Shown: positions 33,729 to 47,517, numbered from the stretch's first letter. The stretch is 64,000 bases of DNA from Chloroflexota bacterium (GCA_965261345.1 OZ253449.1:224001-288000), one strand, 5' to 3'. Made by a program: numbers and translations. Notes: a model not told the origin generated them from the sequence alone.

Positions 33729-34513
33729 CCGGCCAGAATAACTGTCGCTGTTCAGACGGTCCTTGCCGGTCAAATCATCCTTGCCCGCCATCAGCGCCAG
33801 CAGTGGATCGGCGCGCAGGACATCGTGATCGTTTAAGTCCTCATAGCCCATTGCCAGGGCCAGGATGCGCTGGGCTACCAGCTCACCGGGTAAGTGCTCA
33901 ATCCGGTGGGGTTGGCGAAAGTCCGCAAAGCAGGATGGGAGACGGGAGAGCAGGCCGATGCGCTTGTCCACCTCGCGCAGGAGCAGGGCGCCGCCGTCGG
34001 AGGTGAGGTGTCCGCCGTCAAAGCTGGCCGTTACCTTACGGCGGCCAACGTTTGAGAATTCGAGCTGGGTCGGATTAGAATCTGCCATCATGGTTCGCCG
34101 TCTTTGCGGGTTGATTTGTAAGACCTTCAATTATCGCTTGGCGGCGACCTGATTTAAGGAGTGGACAGGGATTTCGGACCCCTTCAGGGCCCGATTTGGA
34201 CATGCCCTGAGACTGGCTTAATGAAGCAGTCCGGGACGTCGATGAGCACTCACTTACCTGGGTGCCCCGCGAGCTGTTGCCAAGCACGAGAATCAGCTTC
34301 TTGCAGCCGGTTACACACTGTCATTGCCGATCGGGCGTCAATGAGCGTTGAATAAGGCCCTTCCGAATCAGTGATCAACCGCGGATGGGTGCCTGGCGGC
34401 GGGCGGCTGATGAAATATCCGGGCTAGTTCGGATGTCTGTAGAAGCCCAAGCGGCGGGTCAAGGTGAAATGCCAGTCCAATTTGGTGGGCCAACTACCGA
34501 TCAAATTTACCGG

Positions 34514-35779
34514 CTACCCCGACCGCACCGGGACGGCAACCGAACCCTGATAGATGCGGCGCAGACTGGCCACCGTCAGGCTGGCAATCACCACAAAAAC
34601 GAACCCCGAGCCCAGGACCAGTAGCACATTCGGTGCCCCGAAGGCATCCGCGGCAAACCCATTGCCCAGGTTCACCAGTGCCATGGCCCCGCCAACGTGT
34701 ATCTGTTCCAGTCCGGAGATCCTTCCGCGCATGCCGTCGGGGGCGAGCGATTGCACCATCGCACCACCGATCGCCATGAATGCCGCCTGCGAACCGCCCA
34801 TCGCCGCAGCGCCGATGAGCGCCACCGCGACACTGTCTGAGAGCGCCAGCACCAGCATCGATACCCCGCTAAAAAATCCGGTAATTAAAAGTAGTCGCCC
34901 GCGGCCAATCGCGCTCTGCAGGCCGGCGATCCCGGTTACCCCAAACAGCGCGCCGGTCCCGACCCCCATCATCAGAAAACTGACGCTGGCATCGGCACTG
35001 TTTAACGAATCACGCGCAATTACGGGCAACATCGACTCAAATGACATCGTCATCGCGCAATGTAGCGCAATGAATATGAAAAGCACCCTCAGTTGCGAAT
35101 TGGACCAAACGTAGAGCGCCGCCACCCAGAGACTCGCCCCCAGCCGGGCACCGATCCTGAGTTCGCCGGTGGACCGAGTCTGAACCGCGAGGACACTTGC
35201 GATTCCAACGATGTAAAAGCTGGCGCTGGCCAGAAAGGCGGCTTTGGGGCCGTAGAGCAACAACAGCGGAGCGATCAGGCCGGGCCCGACCAGCCGCGAC
35301 CCCTGTATCGCCAGCTGGTTCAAAGCGATGGCGTTGAGCCAATGCTCACGCGGCACGAGGTTCGGAATCAGGGTCTGGGTCGCCGTTATCTGAAACGTAC
35401 GGAACCCACCATCGAGCAACGATAGCGAAACGATGTGCCAGATCGCGACCGTTTCGGTAAAGGCGAGCAGCGCCAGCAGGATCGCGGTGCAAAACTGGGA
35501 TCCGTAAGATGCGGCGAGCACCGCCCGCCGGTCAAAGCGGTCCGCCATATACCCGGCCAGCGGCGGCATGACGAAGCGGGGCGCCATCGCTGCGAATGTC
35601 GTCAATCCAACCAGGGTCGAAGATTCGGTCAGTGCCAGCACCAGCACCCCGCGGGCGACTATGAGCGCCCAGTAGGCCGATTGCCCGCCCAGGCTGCCGA
35701 GCACGACCCAGCGGAAATCCCGATATTGAAGCGCGACCGCGTACCGGTCAAAAATAGCCTTGGCGGTGGTAGAGCTCAT
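34514..35779 (-). CDS. MFS transporter
   Basis: About 12 TM helices and motif A GYMADRFDRR. Confidence 0.92.
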   Translation of the reverse strand: MSSTTAKAIFDRYAVALQYRDFRWVVLGSLGGQSAYWALIVARGVLVLALTESSTLVGLTTFAAMAPRFVMPPLAGYMADRFDRRAVLAASYGSQFCTAILLALLAFTETVAIWHIVSLSLLDGGFRTFQITATQTLIPNLVPREHWLNAIALNQLAIQGSRLVGPGLIAPLLLLYGPKAAFLASASFYIVGIASVLAVQTRSTGELRIGARLGASLWVAALYVWSNSQLRVLFIFIALHCAMTMSFESMLPVIARDSLNSADASVSFLMMGVGTGALFGVTGIAGLQSAIGRGRLLLITGFFSGVSMLVLALSDSVAVALIGAAAMGGSQAAFMAIGGAMVQSLAPDGMRGRISGLEQIHVGGAMALVNLGNGFAADAFGAPNVLLVLGSGFVFVVIASLTVASLRRIYQGSVAVPVRSG

Positions 35780-36396
35780 CCGACCGGGTCAACCGGTGCG
35801 AATCGGCGCGCGCCATCTCTCACCGCTTGCTCCCCCTACGTCGGCTCTTGCCTACGTGCTGGCTAAATGCCCCACGTTGGTACATCCAGACTTGATGTTA
35901 TGGCTCGGGCGCGCGCCAATGGCCGTTTGGAACCTGACGTCCCAACCTCCATCTTCATGAGTACCAGCATCTGGCAGATTCAGCCAGCATCGTCGGTCGC
36001 GCAGAAATTGTTCGCGTCCACGACCGCTAAGATTCGGCCCCATCAGATGCCCGAACGCCGCCAGCTGCGCGGTGGCGTCCGTGCCCGGCCAGGGATTTGA
36101 TAACAACCTCGATGTGGCTTGGAAATTTCCGGCCGCTTTTGCATTGAGGTCCCACCGCGGCGGAATTGGCTCGGTCGCCGGCCGCGCTGCGCCGGTCTGT
36201 CTCCGGTTCAAACCAAAAGAGGGTTGGTCGCACCGCTTGCGCGATTGCCGGGCGATCGACATTGCCGCCAAATGGGTTCGGCGATACAGTTGTCCGTCGA
36301 TCAGCGGGCGGTTAGACCATGTCCGACCGCCAGATAGCGTCCCTTCCCACGGCACGTCGGCACGGATGCAATAGCGAGCCGAAAATCGCTTGACCC

Positions 36397-37763
36397 GTGG
36401 CCGCGCGCAGCGACCAACAAAGGCGAACGGCCTACCGACCGCTGGGAACAGCGCATGCAAGCCGAAATGCACCCGGCCGGGAGGCGCCACCGGCCGTGGT
36501 AACCGCCGTTGTCATTTTTGGGATCTCCGACGGCCTCATCGCCGCGGGGCGCATTCCACCTGTGCTGGTCGCGTTCATGGGGGCGACCGCGATGGTCTTT
36601 GCGGGAATAATTGGCGAGCACGAGGCATTGGCGCACGTGGATCTTCAGGTGATCCTGTTGTTGGCCGCCATGATGTCGCTGGCCAACGTGATAAGCCGGA
36701 CCGGGGTGTTCGACTGGGCGGCGATCAAGGGCGCTCAGCTGGTCGGCGGCAGTGGTTTCCTAACGCTTTGTCTCATGTCTGCCCTCGCGGCCGTGGCATC
36801 GGCGTTTCTCGGCAACGTAACTGTTGTCGTGCTGGCGGTGCCGATCACGCTTTCAATCTGCCGGACGCTGGGCGTTGCTCCGGTGCCATTCTTGCTGGCG
36901 CAGATATTTGCCTCCAACGTCGGCGGCGCCTCCACGATCATCGCCGACCCGTCGAACATCATAATCGCGGCGGCGGCCGACATCGGGTTCGTCGAATTCA
37001 TGCTCAACGTAGCACCGGCAAGCGTCATATCGATGGGCGTGCTCTTCGCCGTACTTTTCCTGTGGTTCCGGCACAAAGTTACACCCTGGGCCGAGAACCG
37101 CGCGGCCGTAATGCAGCAGGACGCCGCCAGCGCGATAAAGGACCGGAGCCTGCTGATAAAGAGCTCGGTGGTGTTCGCACTGACGATGACCGGATTTCTC
37201 ATTCACGACATCCTGGGGGTTAGTCCGGCGATCGTGGCCGCCACCGGGGCAACGGCGCTGGTGCTGCTATCGCGAATAGATCCGCAAGAAATTGCCCAAC
37301 ACGTGGAGTGGACGACCTGGCGTTCTTTGTCGGGTTGTTCATCCTGGTCGGCGGGCTGATAGAGACTGGCGTGACGCTGGCGATCCAGGAATTTTTGGTA
37401 GACCTGTCCGGTGGCGATGAAATGGTGCTGGCGTTCCTTCTCGTGTGGTTTGGCGGGGTCATCTCGCCCATCATTGACAACATCCCATTTACGGCCATGA
37501 TGGTGCAGGTGGTCAAGGGGTTTGGGGGCACCTCTGCCGCCGGCTCCTCACCGCTGTGGTGGGCGATCGCCCTGGGGGCCGATCTCGGCGGAAATGCAAC
37601 CATCGTTGGGGCCTCTGCCAACGTCGTTGCCATCAACCTAGCCCGTTCCAGCGTACACCCCATAAGCTTCATGCAGATCTTCCGTTACGGCGTCGTTATC
37701 AGCGCCCTGACTTTGTTCGTATCCACCGGATACCTTTGGCTGCGTAACTATCGACCCCTGTGA
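36397..37763 (+). pseudogene. SLC13/ArsB/NhaD-family permease, frameshift near 37315; start uncertain
   Basis: SAFLGNVT and ASNVGG in the first frame; IIDNIPF and GADLGGNATIVGASAN in the second. Confidence 0.82.
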
Positions 37764-38284
37764 TCGGGCGGTTCACCATGCGGGCGGGCAGGGTTCCAGA
37801 AAAACCCTAATCAGCAAGTCCATTGGGCAGGGGTCGTGCTTGGTGGTTCCGCATCGCAAATTTCCAATTGGCCCAGAGCGTACAGCCGGCGCCGGATCGT
37901 CCAGCAAAGGCCAATTTGATCGACCAAATGGCGCGGGTTCAATAGCCATTACACCGGATCGATTTTTCGGGTGTCTACAAATCTTCGCCCCGCCAGTGCG
38001 CGGTACCCATTCAATCGCCGCGCTCAGAATCAGTTTGATAAATGGCCTCAACGATTATCTTTTTGGCCGCTCCCGTCACCGTTGCACGAACAATCTGGGC
38101 GCCGATAGCGATGCCCACGACCGGCGACGAGATTTGTATTACAAACTACTTTGTGCCATAATCCATGGTCGCCAACAGAGGCGCAACTCAGATTGGGAAT
38201 TGGTTTGGAGCAGCGCTGCAACGCGCGCTCGTCCTACCGGTCGATCGAGCTGCGACCAAATGCAGTTTCAAGGGAGGAACTTAA

Positions 38285-38920
38285 ATGAGCAATCCGGACG
38301 CTGAATCAGGGGGCCTCGCACCTGATGCGAGTTGGCGCGACATCCACGAGACGATGGACAAGACGCGGAGCTCGATGTACGTCGCCGGTTCGGCGACGAT
38401 CCTGCTACTTTGGTCCGCGATAGCATCGCTGGGTGTCGGCTCGCAGTACGCCATCCTTACGCTCGCATCCGAATTCGCGGAGCGCAGCCCGTGGATTTAC
38501 GCGGTGCTGTGGGGCATCCTGATGGTGCCAGGAATGGTGGGAAGCGGATTCATCGGACGGCGCGCCGGCAGGAGGATCGCAGTCGGCGACGCCGCTCGCA
38601 AAGCTGGCATCCGGGTGTTCCTCTTCTGGCTCGCGGTGGTTGTGGGGGTGTTCCTCATTCCGGCGGCATCGGGAATGTGGAATGCAGAATCGGGGGACAA
38701 GATACCCGGCGTCGCGATTGGTATTGTGTCGCTGGCATACATTCTGTTCGGCATCATGCACCGCCCGGTATTGGCGGCGGTGGGCGCGGGACTGGCAGCA
38801 GCGTTCTACATCCCCAACCACCTCGTGGACGGAGATTTGGCCATGTTGGTGTCGGCGGCATCGATGCTGGCAGTGGCAGTCTTAGGTGCGTGGTGGATAC
38901 GCAAGAGCGGCGCGATGTGA
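38285..38920 (+). CDS. Membrane protein of unknown function
   Basis: 211 aa, about 6 TM helices, GGGAGG RBS; overlaps the following regulator. Confidence 0.75.
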   Translation: MSNPDAESGGLAPDASWRDIHETMDKTRSSMYVAGSATILLLWSAIASLGVGSQYAILTLASEFAERSPWIYAVLWGILMVPGMVGSGFIGRRAGRRIAVGDAARKAGIRVFLFWLAVVVGVFLIPAASGMWNAESGDKIPGVAIGIVSLAYILFGIMHRPVLAAVGAGLAAAFYIPNHLVDGDLAMLVSAASMLAVAVLGAWWIRKSGAM

Positions 38921-39231
38921 CCGAGAAGGCAATAAACCTCAACGAAATCATCCATCAATCAACCCGCCTGCAAATCATGACCATGCTGGCGTCCCAGCCC
39001 GAAGCGGACAGGCTCGCCTACGGCTTCATGCAGAAGACGCTTGCCCTTACCGGCGGCAACCTGACCACCCACCTGCGAAGACTGGAAAGCGCGGGTTACT
39101 TGGCGATTACCAAAGAATTTCTAGACCAAAAGCCCCGCACGTGGGTTCGGGCAACCCCCGTGGGGCGAAGGGCGTTTGCCGAGTACCTCGCCAACTTGCA
39201 AACTCTCCTGGGGGCGTCGCCGCGGGCGTGA
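38917..39231 (+). CDS. Winged-helix transcriptional regulator
   Basis: IIHQSTRLQIM..LTGGNLTTHLRRLESAGYL..KPRTW; the GTG start overlaps the upstream TGA. Confidence 0.88.
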   Translation: MTEKAINLNEIIHQSTRLQIMTMLASQPEADRLAYGFMQKTLALTGGNLTTHLRRLESAGYLAITKEFLDQKPRTWVRATPVGRRAFAEYLANLQTLLGASPRA

Positions 39232-39433
39232 TCGTGTGCGCCTGGCCAGTAAACCAAACGGGCGGTGTGAGCCAAATTGAGCAACGCCGGTATTGGTCAT
39301 ACGACGATCCCGTTCCACTGGGGCCATGCCGGCCAACTCCGGACACGCCGACTCCTCGCTGGATCCGGTGGCTCGCGATCGCCACTGGCGATTGATTAGC
39401 ATTTGACTTTATGTCACCTAGTGATCGCGGGAG

Positions 39434-40231
39434 ATGGACATGGAACTGGAATTGGGCGGCAAAGTTGCAATTGTGACCGGTGGCAGCGGAGGCATCGGCA
39501 AGGCGATTGCGTTGGAGCTTGCCCGCGAGGGAGTCGACATTGCCATAGCGGCGCGATCTAGTGAAAACGTGGACTTGACCGCAACCGCGATCGCGGCCGA
39601 GACCGGCCAGCGGGTGATCGGGATTCCAACCGACACAACCAACTGGGATGACGTCCAGCGGATGGTGAGTACCACGATTGCCGAGTTGGGCAGCGTCGAT
39701 ATCCTGGTCAACTCTGCGGCAATGGTCGGTGGGCAGGTTCGCGGCAGCCTCGAAGAAGCGCGGGAAGAGGATCTCACCGAAGACCTCGATACCAAGGTCG
39801 TTGGGTACTTCCGCTGCATCAAGGCGGTGGCACCGCACATGCGGGCCCAAAAGTGGGGGCGAATCATTAGCATCGGTGGCCTGTCGGCCCGCAGCGCCAC
39901 CATCTACGGCCTGCGCAACGCGGCAGTCGTCCACATGACCAAGACGCTCTCCGACCAGCTCGGGGCAGACGGAATCACCCTAAACGTGGTTCATCCCGGC
40001 CTGACCCTTACGGCTGCGGTGGCGCAGCGGCTGGAGAGCCAGGCACGCAAGCCGGGTCAATCGCGCAGCGCGGCATACCGGTCGGCATCAGAGAGCGTGG
40101 CCATCGGACGGATAGTAAATCCCCGCGAATTGGCCTGGCTGACAGCCTATCTGGCCTCGCCGAAAGCCGAGTGCATTACCGGCGAGGCGATTGCGGCCGG
40201 CGGCGGCGCCAAAGGTAGCGTACACCAGTAG
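39434..40231 (+). CDS. Atypical SDR oxidoreductase
   Basis: TGGSGGIG; YGLRN in place of YxxxK; resembles 23851-24669. Confidence 0.88.
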   Translation: MDMELELGGKVAIVTGGSGGIGKAIALELAREGVDIAIAARSSENVDLTATAIAAETGQRVIGIPTDTTNWDDVQRMVSTTIAELGSVDILVNSAAMVGGQVRGSLEEAREEDLTEDLDTKVVGYFRCIKAVAPHMRAQKWGRIISIGGLSARSATIYGLRNAAVVHMTKTLSDQLGADGITLNVVHPGLTLTAAVAQRLESQARKPGQSRSAAYRSASESVAIGRIVNPRELAWLTAYLASPKAECITGEAIAAGGGAKGSVHQ

Positions 40232-40603
40232 GGTCTGGCCGGTTGCGCAGGACCGGGCCTGGCAGTCGCGCAATCGTCTTGATCGCAGCAAACCAAATTT
40301 AGTTCCGGCGTTAACGGGACACTTCCCCCGGCGAGGGGCGTCTTGCGCGTTTGGATGAACCGCAGGGCACGCACCCGGTAAATCCGTTGTCGGCAACCAG
40401 CGAACGCTGATTGCAACCGACGCGCCTGCGCCGCGCACCCTGGTAACCGCCTGGCGGGAGATGCTGGCGGTATGGTCGCGACAACAGGTAGATCCCGGTT
40501 GCCAAGTCGACACTCCGCTGCCGTCGGGCGCAGGTCGCATCCGCGATGATGGGACGTGTCCCACGGTGTGGTGTAACTAAGCCGTCCTCTACGTTTAGGG
40601 GTT

Positions 40604-40637
40604 CGGCAGCTGCAACTCTACAGAGTTGCAGCTGCCG
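40604..40637. repeat. Perfect 16-bp inverted repeat
   Basis: CGGCAGCTGCAACTCT-AC-AGAGTTGCAGCTGCCG. Confidence 0.9.
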
Positions 40638-40948
40638 GCAGGGCCGGCAGATGGTTGCTGGGGCTTGCTGGGGGAGTTTCGAGTCCTTGGCTGTGACGGC
40701 GACTGCCGGTAAGGCGTCCATCATTTTGCCAGTTGCGACCATGGCGCGGTCGTGGTCATATGGGCTTCCATGGGTCCGAAGGCCGGCCCCGGCCCGTAAC
40801 GGCTCGCATTCGGGCTCACCGGGCCGGGTTTGTTGGGAAAGTCGGCCCAATTCGACGCTAGTGATCCTTATTTAGGCCCAGCTAGCGCCCAGCCGGGCGC
40901 ACGACCTTCTATTTCCCTGGAGGGCGCTACGGCCCCCGGCGGCGGTTG

Positions 40949-42182
40949 CTACCCCGCCGGCAATGCCAGCGGGGACTGCCTCTCTCCCGGAGATGGGGGT
41001 TGGCCGATTAAGGCCATCGAGTGCCTGGACATATAGCGGCGCTCGGATGCGAGCCATTCGTCGTTCTGCTCAATTAGGACCGCTCCGATAAGGCGCAGGA
41101 CCGAGTCATCGTCAGGGAAGAGCTGTACTACCCGGGTGCGGCGCTTTAGCTCGCCCATAACGCGCTCTAGGGGATTGGTGGACCAGATCTTGCGCCAGTG
41201 CGAAGGCGGGAAGGCGGTGTAGGCAGTCAGGGCGATCTCGGAGTCCTCGAGGATCGTGGACAGTTCCGGATACTTGCGCTCTAAGCGATCGGCGAAATCT
41301 CCGAAGGCGTCCATGGCGCTCTGCTTGTCAGCCTGCCCAAACAGCGACGCCAGTCCGGCTGCCACCAGCCCGCGGTCGCCGCTTCTGACCCTTGGCAGAA
41401 GATTGCGCCCAAAGTGTGTCCTGCACGTCTGCCAGGCGGCCTCGGGAATAAGCTTTGTCACCGCGTTGCCGATGGCTTGGTTCCCATCGGAGATCACCAG
41501 CCGCACGCCGGATAGACCGCGCGTTACCAGGGAGGCGATCAAGTCCTCCCAGAAGCCCTGCGCTTCGCTGTGGCCGATTGCAAGCCCCAGCAGCTCGCGA
41601 TGGCCGTTCTCGTTTATGGCCATTGCTATGCCCACCGCCCGCGACCTTACCGCATGCGCGTTTCGGGCTTTTACGTAGGTGGCGTCGAGATAGAGGTACG
41701 GGAAGGTCGTATGCGCGAGATCGCGTTCGCGGAAGGCATTGACCAGCTCGTCGATGCCTTTGCAGATCCTTGACACCTCGGACCTGGAGATCCCGGCGTT
41801 TACTCCCATCGCCTCCACCAGCTTGTCGACCTTGCGGGTGGAGACGCCCTTGCTGTAGGCGGTCATGATGACGCCGTAGAGGGCCTGGTCGATGCGGCGC
41901 CGCCGCTCCAAGAACTCGGGGTAGTAGCTGCCTTGGCGCAGCTTGGGCAGGGCAATCTCGATGTCGCCCGCCCGGGTGGAGAGGGTGCGCTTGCGCGAGC
42001 CATCAAAGCCGATTGCGACGCTCGCCGTTGCGCTCGTGCGGTTTGGCGCCGATGTTTTCGGCCAGGCCGGCGTCAATAAGTTCCTGGTAGGCGTGCCGTA
42101 CGGCGCTGCGGACGAATTCGCTGCTGTCAAACCCTTGCTTGGCGATAAGGGCAAGCAAGGTCTGATAATCAAGTTGGGCCAT
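40949..42182 (-). pseudogene. IS256 transposase, frameshift near 42010
   Basis: Start MAQLDYQ at 42182 is in a different frame from PKLRQGSY, YLYLDATY, LVISDG and STNPLER. Confidence 0.88.
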
Positions 42183-42478
42183 CGATGGTTCCTCGACGAA
42201 GTAAGTGAATTGACTCCGTAGAGGTTTACACGATGGCCCTTTGTCATCGCGTTGGCTTAGTTGATCAAGCGGGTGCTCTTACACCACTCCAGGGGACGTG
42301 ATCGATGATGATTCGGATGAGCTTGAAAGTTCGATCGGGGGCCTGGCCCCGGAGGGATTGCGGTAAGCCGAATGTTCGGCTCGGACAAAGGTCCGGGAAA
42401 CCTGCCCGCCCGGCGACTAGCATAAGTGCGAACTGCTGCAGTAGCTATACCCCAAATAAGCACCAATTCCGGTCCACC

Positions 42479-43597
42479 GTGAAAATAACTCGGGTTGAAG
42501 CCCTATATCTCCGCCTGCCGCAAATCAAAGCCCTGACCGACAGCGGACAGGATGCGCTCATCGTCCGGATTGAGACCGATGCCGGAGTGCACGGCATCGG
42601 TGAGGTGGACTCGGCCCCCATGGCTGTCAAAGGAGTCATCGAGGGGCCCTACTCTCATCCCTTAATCAGCGGTCTGGGAGAGCTTCTCATCGGTGAGGAT
42701 CCCATGCAGACCGAGTATCTCTGGCACAAGTTGTACCGACAGAACATCTACGCTGGAAGAAGCGGAATCGGGGTCCACGCGATGAGCGGGATCGACATCG
42801 CCCTCTGGGACATTAAGGGCAAGGTGCTGGGACTTCCCATCTGGAAGCTGTTGGGAGGTGGCTTCCACCAGCGGATTCGAGCCTATGCCAGTTCGCTGTT
42901 CGGAGCCACTCCCTATGAGACCGGCGAACGCGCCCGCCGCTTCCGGGACCGGGGATTTTCAGCCGTCAAATTCGGATGGGAGCCGATGGGACGGGATGCG
43001 GCCACCGACATCGCACTGGTGCGCGAGGCGCGGGCCGGGTTGGGCGACGACGGTGACCTGCTCATCGACGCCGGCATGGTCTGGGATGCCAAGACCGCCA
43101 TCAAGCGGGCCCGCGCCTTTGGTGAATTTGATATCTACTGGCTCGAGGAACCGCTTCATCCCGACGATTACGAAGGCTACAGTCGACTTTCAGCCGCAAC
43201 CGATATCCCGATCGCGGCCGGCGAGGAGGAGAGCGCGCGCCGGTCCTACATCGATCTCATGGATAGAGGAAAGATCGACATAGTCCAGGTGGACCTGACC
43301 CGCTGCGGGGGATTTACCGAGGCGGTCAAGATTGCCAGTCTGGCCGCCGACCGCGGGCTGCGCTGCGTCAATCACGGCTTTACTACCTACATCAACGTCG
43401 CGGCGGCGCTGCACTTCCTCAACGCCATCCCCAATTCCTTCATCACCGAATTCGTGGTTGAGGAGGGCACCGGGCTGCGCGAGGAAATCACTCGCCAGCG
43501 CCTCGTTGCCAAGGATGGGTACCTTGGCATTCCACAGGAGCCAGGATTGGGGATCGAACTGGATCCCGCGGGGGTCGAGAAATACCGGGTGGCCTGA
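42479..43597 (+). CDS. Mandelate racemase/muconate lactonizing enzyme-family protein (sugar-acid dehydratase-like)
   Basis: SGIDIALWDIKGK, LLIDAG, WLEEP and AGEE; GTG start inferred. Confidence 0.92.
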   Translation: MKITRVEALYLRLPQIKALTDSGQDALIVRIETDAGVHGIGEVDSAPMAVKGVIEGPYSHPLISGLGELLIGEDPMQTEYLWHKLYRQNIYAGRSGIGVHAMSGIDIALWDIKGKVLGLPIWKLLGGGFHQRIRAYASSLFGATPYETGERARRFRDRGFSAVKFGWEPMGRDAATDIALVREARAGLGDDGDLLIDAGMVWDAKTAIKRARAFGEFDIYWLEEPLHPDDYEGYSRLSAATDIPIAAGEEESARRSYIDLMDRGKIDIVQVDLTRCGGFTEAVKIASLAADRGLRCVNHGFTTYINVAAALHFLNAIPNSFITEFVVEEGTGLREEITRQRLVAKDGYLGIPQEPGLGIELDPAGVEKYRVA

Positions 43598-43945
43598 ATC
43601 CGGCAGTCCCCGAGACCGGGTCCAGCGAACACCGGGCGGATCCGAAGCCAAAACCAAACTTCGATCGCGCATTTGAAGCTGCCAGGCAATCGCCGGTCGC
43701 ACCGAGGCGCCCCCAATCGGGCCAGATCATGCCGCCACCTTGGGCCCAACGCCAACCGCCAATTGCGGATCGGCGGCCGTGGCCAAATCCGATCTGCATT
43801 CCGTTCATACAAAAAGGGGGCGGTCGCCATTGCTCCATGTGGCCGGACACGACTGCAATTGATGACGACTGCGGTAATTTCAGATTTGTCGCCATCACCT
43901 GGCCAAAATCACGATGCGGCACGATCTTTGACTAGAACGGCAACC

Positions 43946-44248
43946 ATGACCGGGACCCTCGACACAATTCGGGCCAAACGAAAAACCGGCTGCGAACCCA
44001 TCCGCCGTCCCGGGAATCGGGGCGATGTCGGAACTCTGCTCGGGTTCTGGCAGTGGGCCGGATCCGACCTTGTCGGCAACACCATGCGGGGCTGGCTTGC
44101 CGAATACCTGGTGGCTCTGGATCTAGGAATCGCCGACGGGGCGCGAACTGAATGGGCCCCACATGACCTGACAATGGCTGACCGTACGCGGGTCGAGGTC
44201 AAGACCTCGGCCTACGTCCAGAGCTGGTCCCAGAAAGGGCATCCCCCC
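43946..44248 (+). pseudogene. PD-(D/E)xK nuclease-like protein, 5' half
   Basis: FWQWAGSDL..RGWLAEYLVA..HDL..RVEVKTSAYVQSW; broken at a C-run by IS110-A. Confidence 0.65.
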
Positions 44249-44264
44249 TGTACCTTGTATGTTC

Positions 44265-44430
44265 CAAATGGGAAGTCCCGGGTGCGGTAGGGCGCCTGTA
44301 CCTTGGTCCATTGAGACCGTTTTAAAGCACGCTCGCCGCACCCGGATCTCCCGGCGCATAGACCCCGAACAATTGCTCGGTGGGCTCTAGACCCCGTATT
44401 CGCAAGGAAGGGCGTAGCGTCGGGAGTAAC
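44265..44430 (+). ncRNA. IS110-B bridge RNA (ends approximate)
   Basis: Two stem/internal-loop modules. Guides CCTGTACCT (44295-44303), TAAAG (44323-44327), ACAATTGCT (44369-44377) and GCAAG (44402-44406) match the target and donor junctions. Confidence 0.85.
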
Positions 44431-44435
44431 TATAG

Positions 44436-47216
<2,781 letters not shown>

Positions 47217-47517
47217 GTAAGCCAAAAAAGGTGGCCCTGACAGCCTGCATGAGAAAGCTGCTGGTGATCCTGAACGCGATGCTGAGGAACGGCGAGTATT
47301 GGCGCGAGGAGTCCGCCTCGGGCTGAACGCCGGGCAGGTCCGATCGCTCTTGCGGGCAAGGTCCCTGGCGAAGCCATGCCCGGGATCGGGCTATTGCGGC
47401 GATTACGCATCCGGTTATCGCCTGTCGATCGGGCTGCGGTCACTATGAACCGCGGTCGGGGCGCTGGATCTATCCTCCCCTTTCTCCTGGACCCCTCTGA
47501 CCCCACCTCTGCCGGAA

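Larger units (their letters stand above)
31226..34091 (-). pseudogene. IS1380 transposase split by an insertion, with an internal deletion
   Basis: N-part FDGGHLTSDGG..GYEDLNDHD; C-part LRADSGF..YCARGEMENRVKE. The first catalytic-Asp segment (LDxD) is not seen. Confidence 0.88.
31000..34423 (-). mobile_element. IS1380-family element, interrupted
   Basis: IRs CCCGCATTTTGCACCA / rc CCCGGATATTTCATCA, flanked by CTAG at 30996-30999 and 34424-34427. Confidence 0.82.
40552..42303 (-). mobile_element. IS256-family element
   Basis: IRs GGACGTGTCCCACGGTGTGGTGTAA / rc GATCACGTCCCCTGGAGTGGTGTAA. 7-8 bp duplication (C)GATGATG at 40544-40551 and 42303-42310. Confidence 0.88.

Noticed and set aside
44369-44377. 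ACAATTGCT (also at 47530-47538) as a target duplication defining IS110-B
   Set aside because: It lies in a loop of the folded left end. The 17-bp promoter spacing and the target guide place the boundary at 44255/44256, so it is the donor guide.
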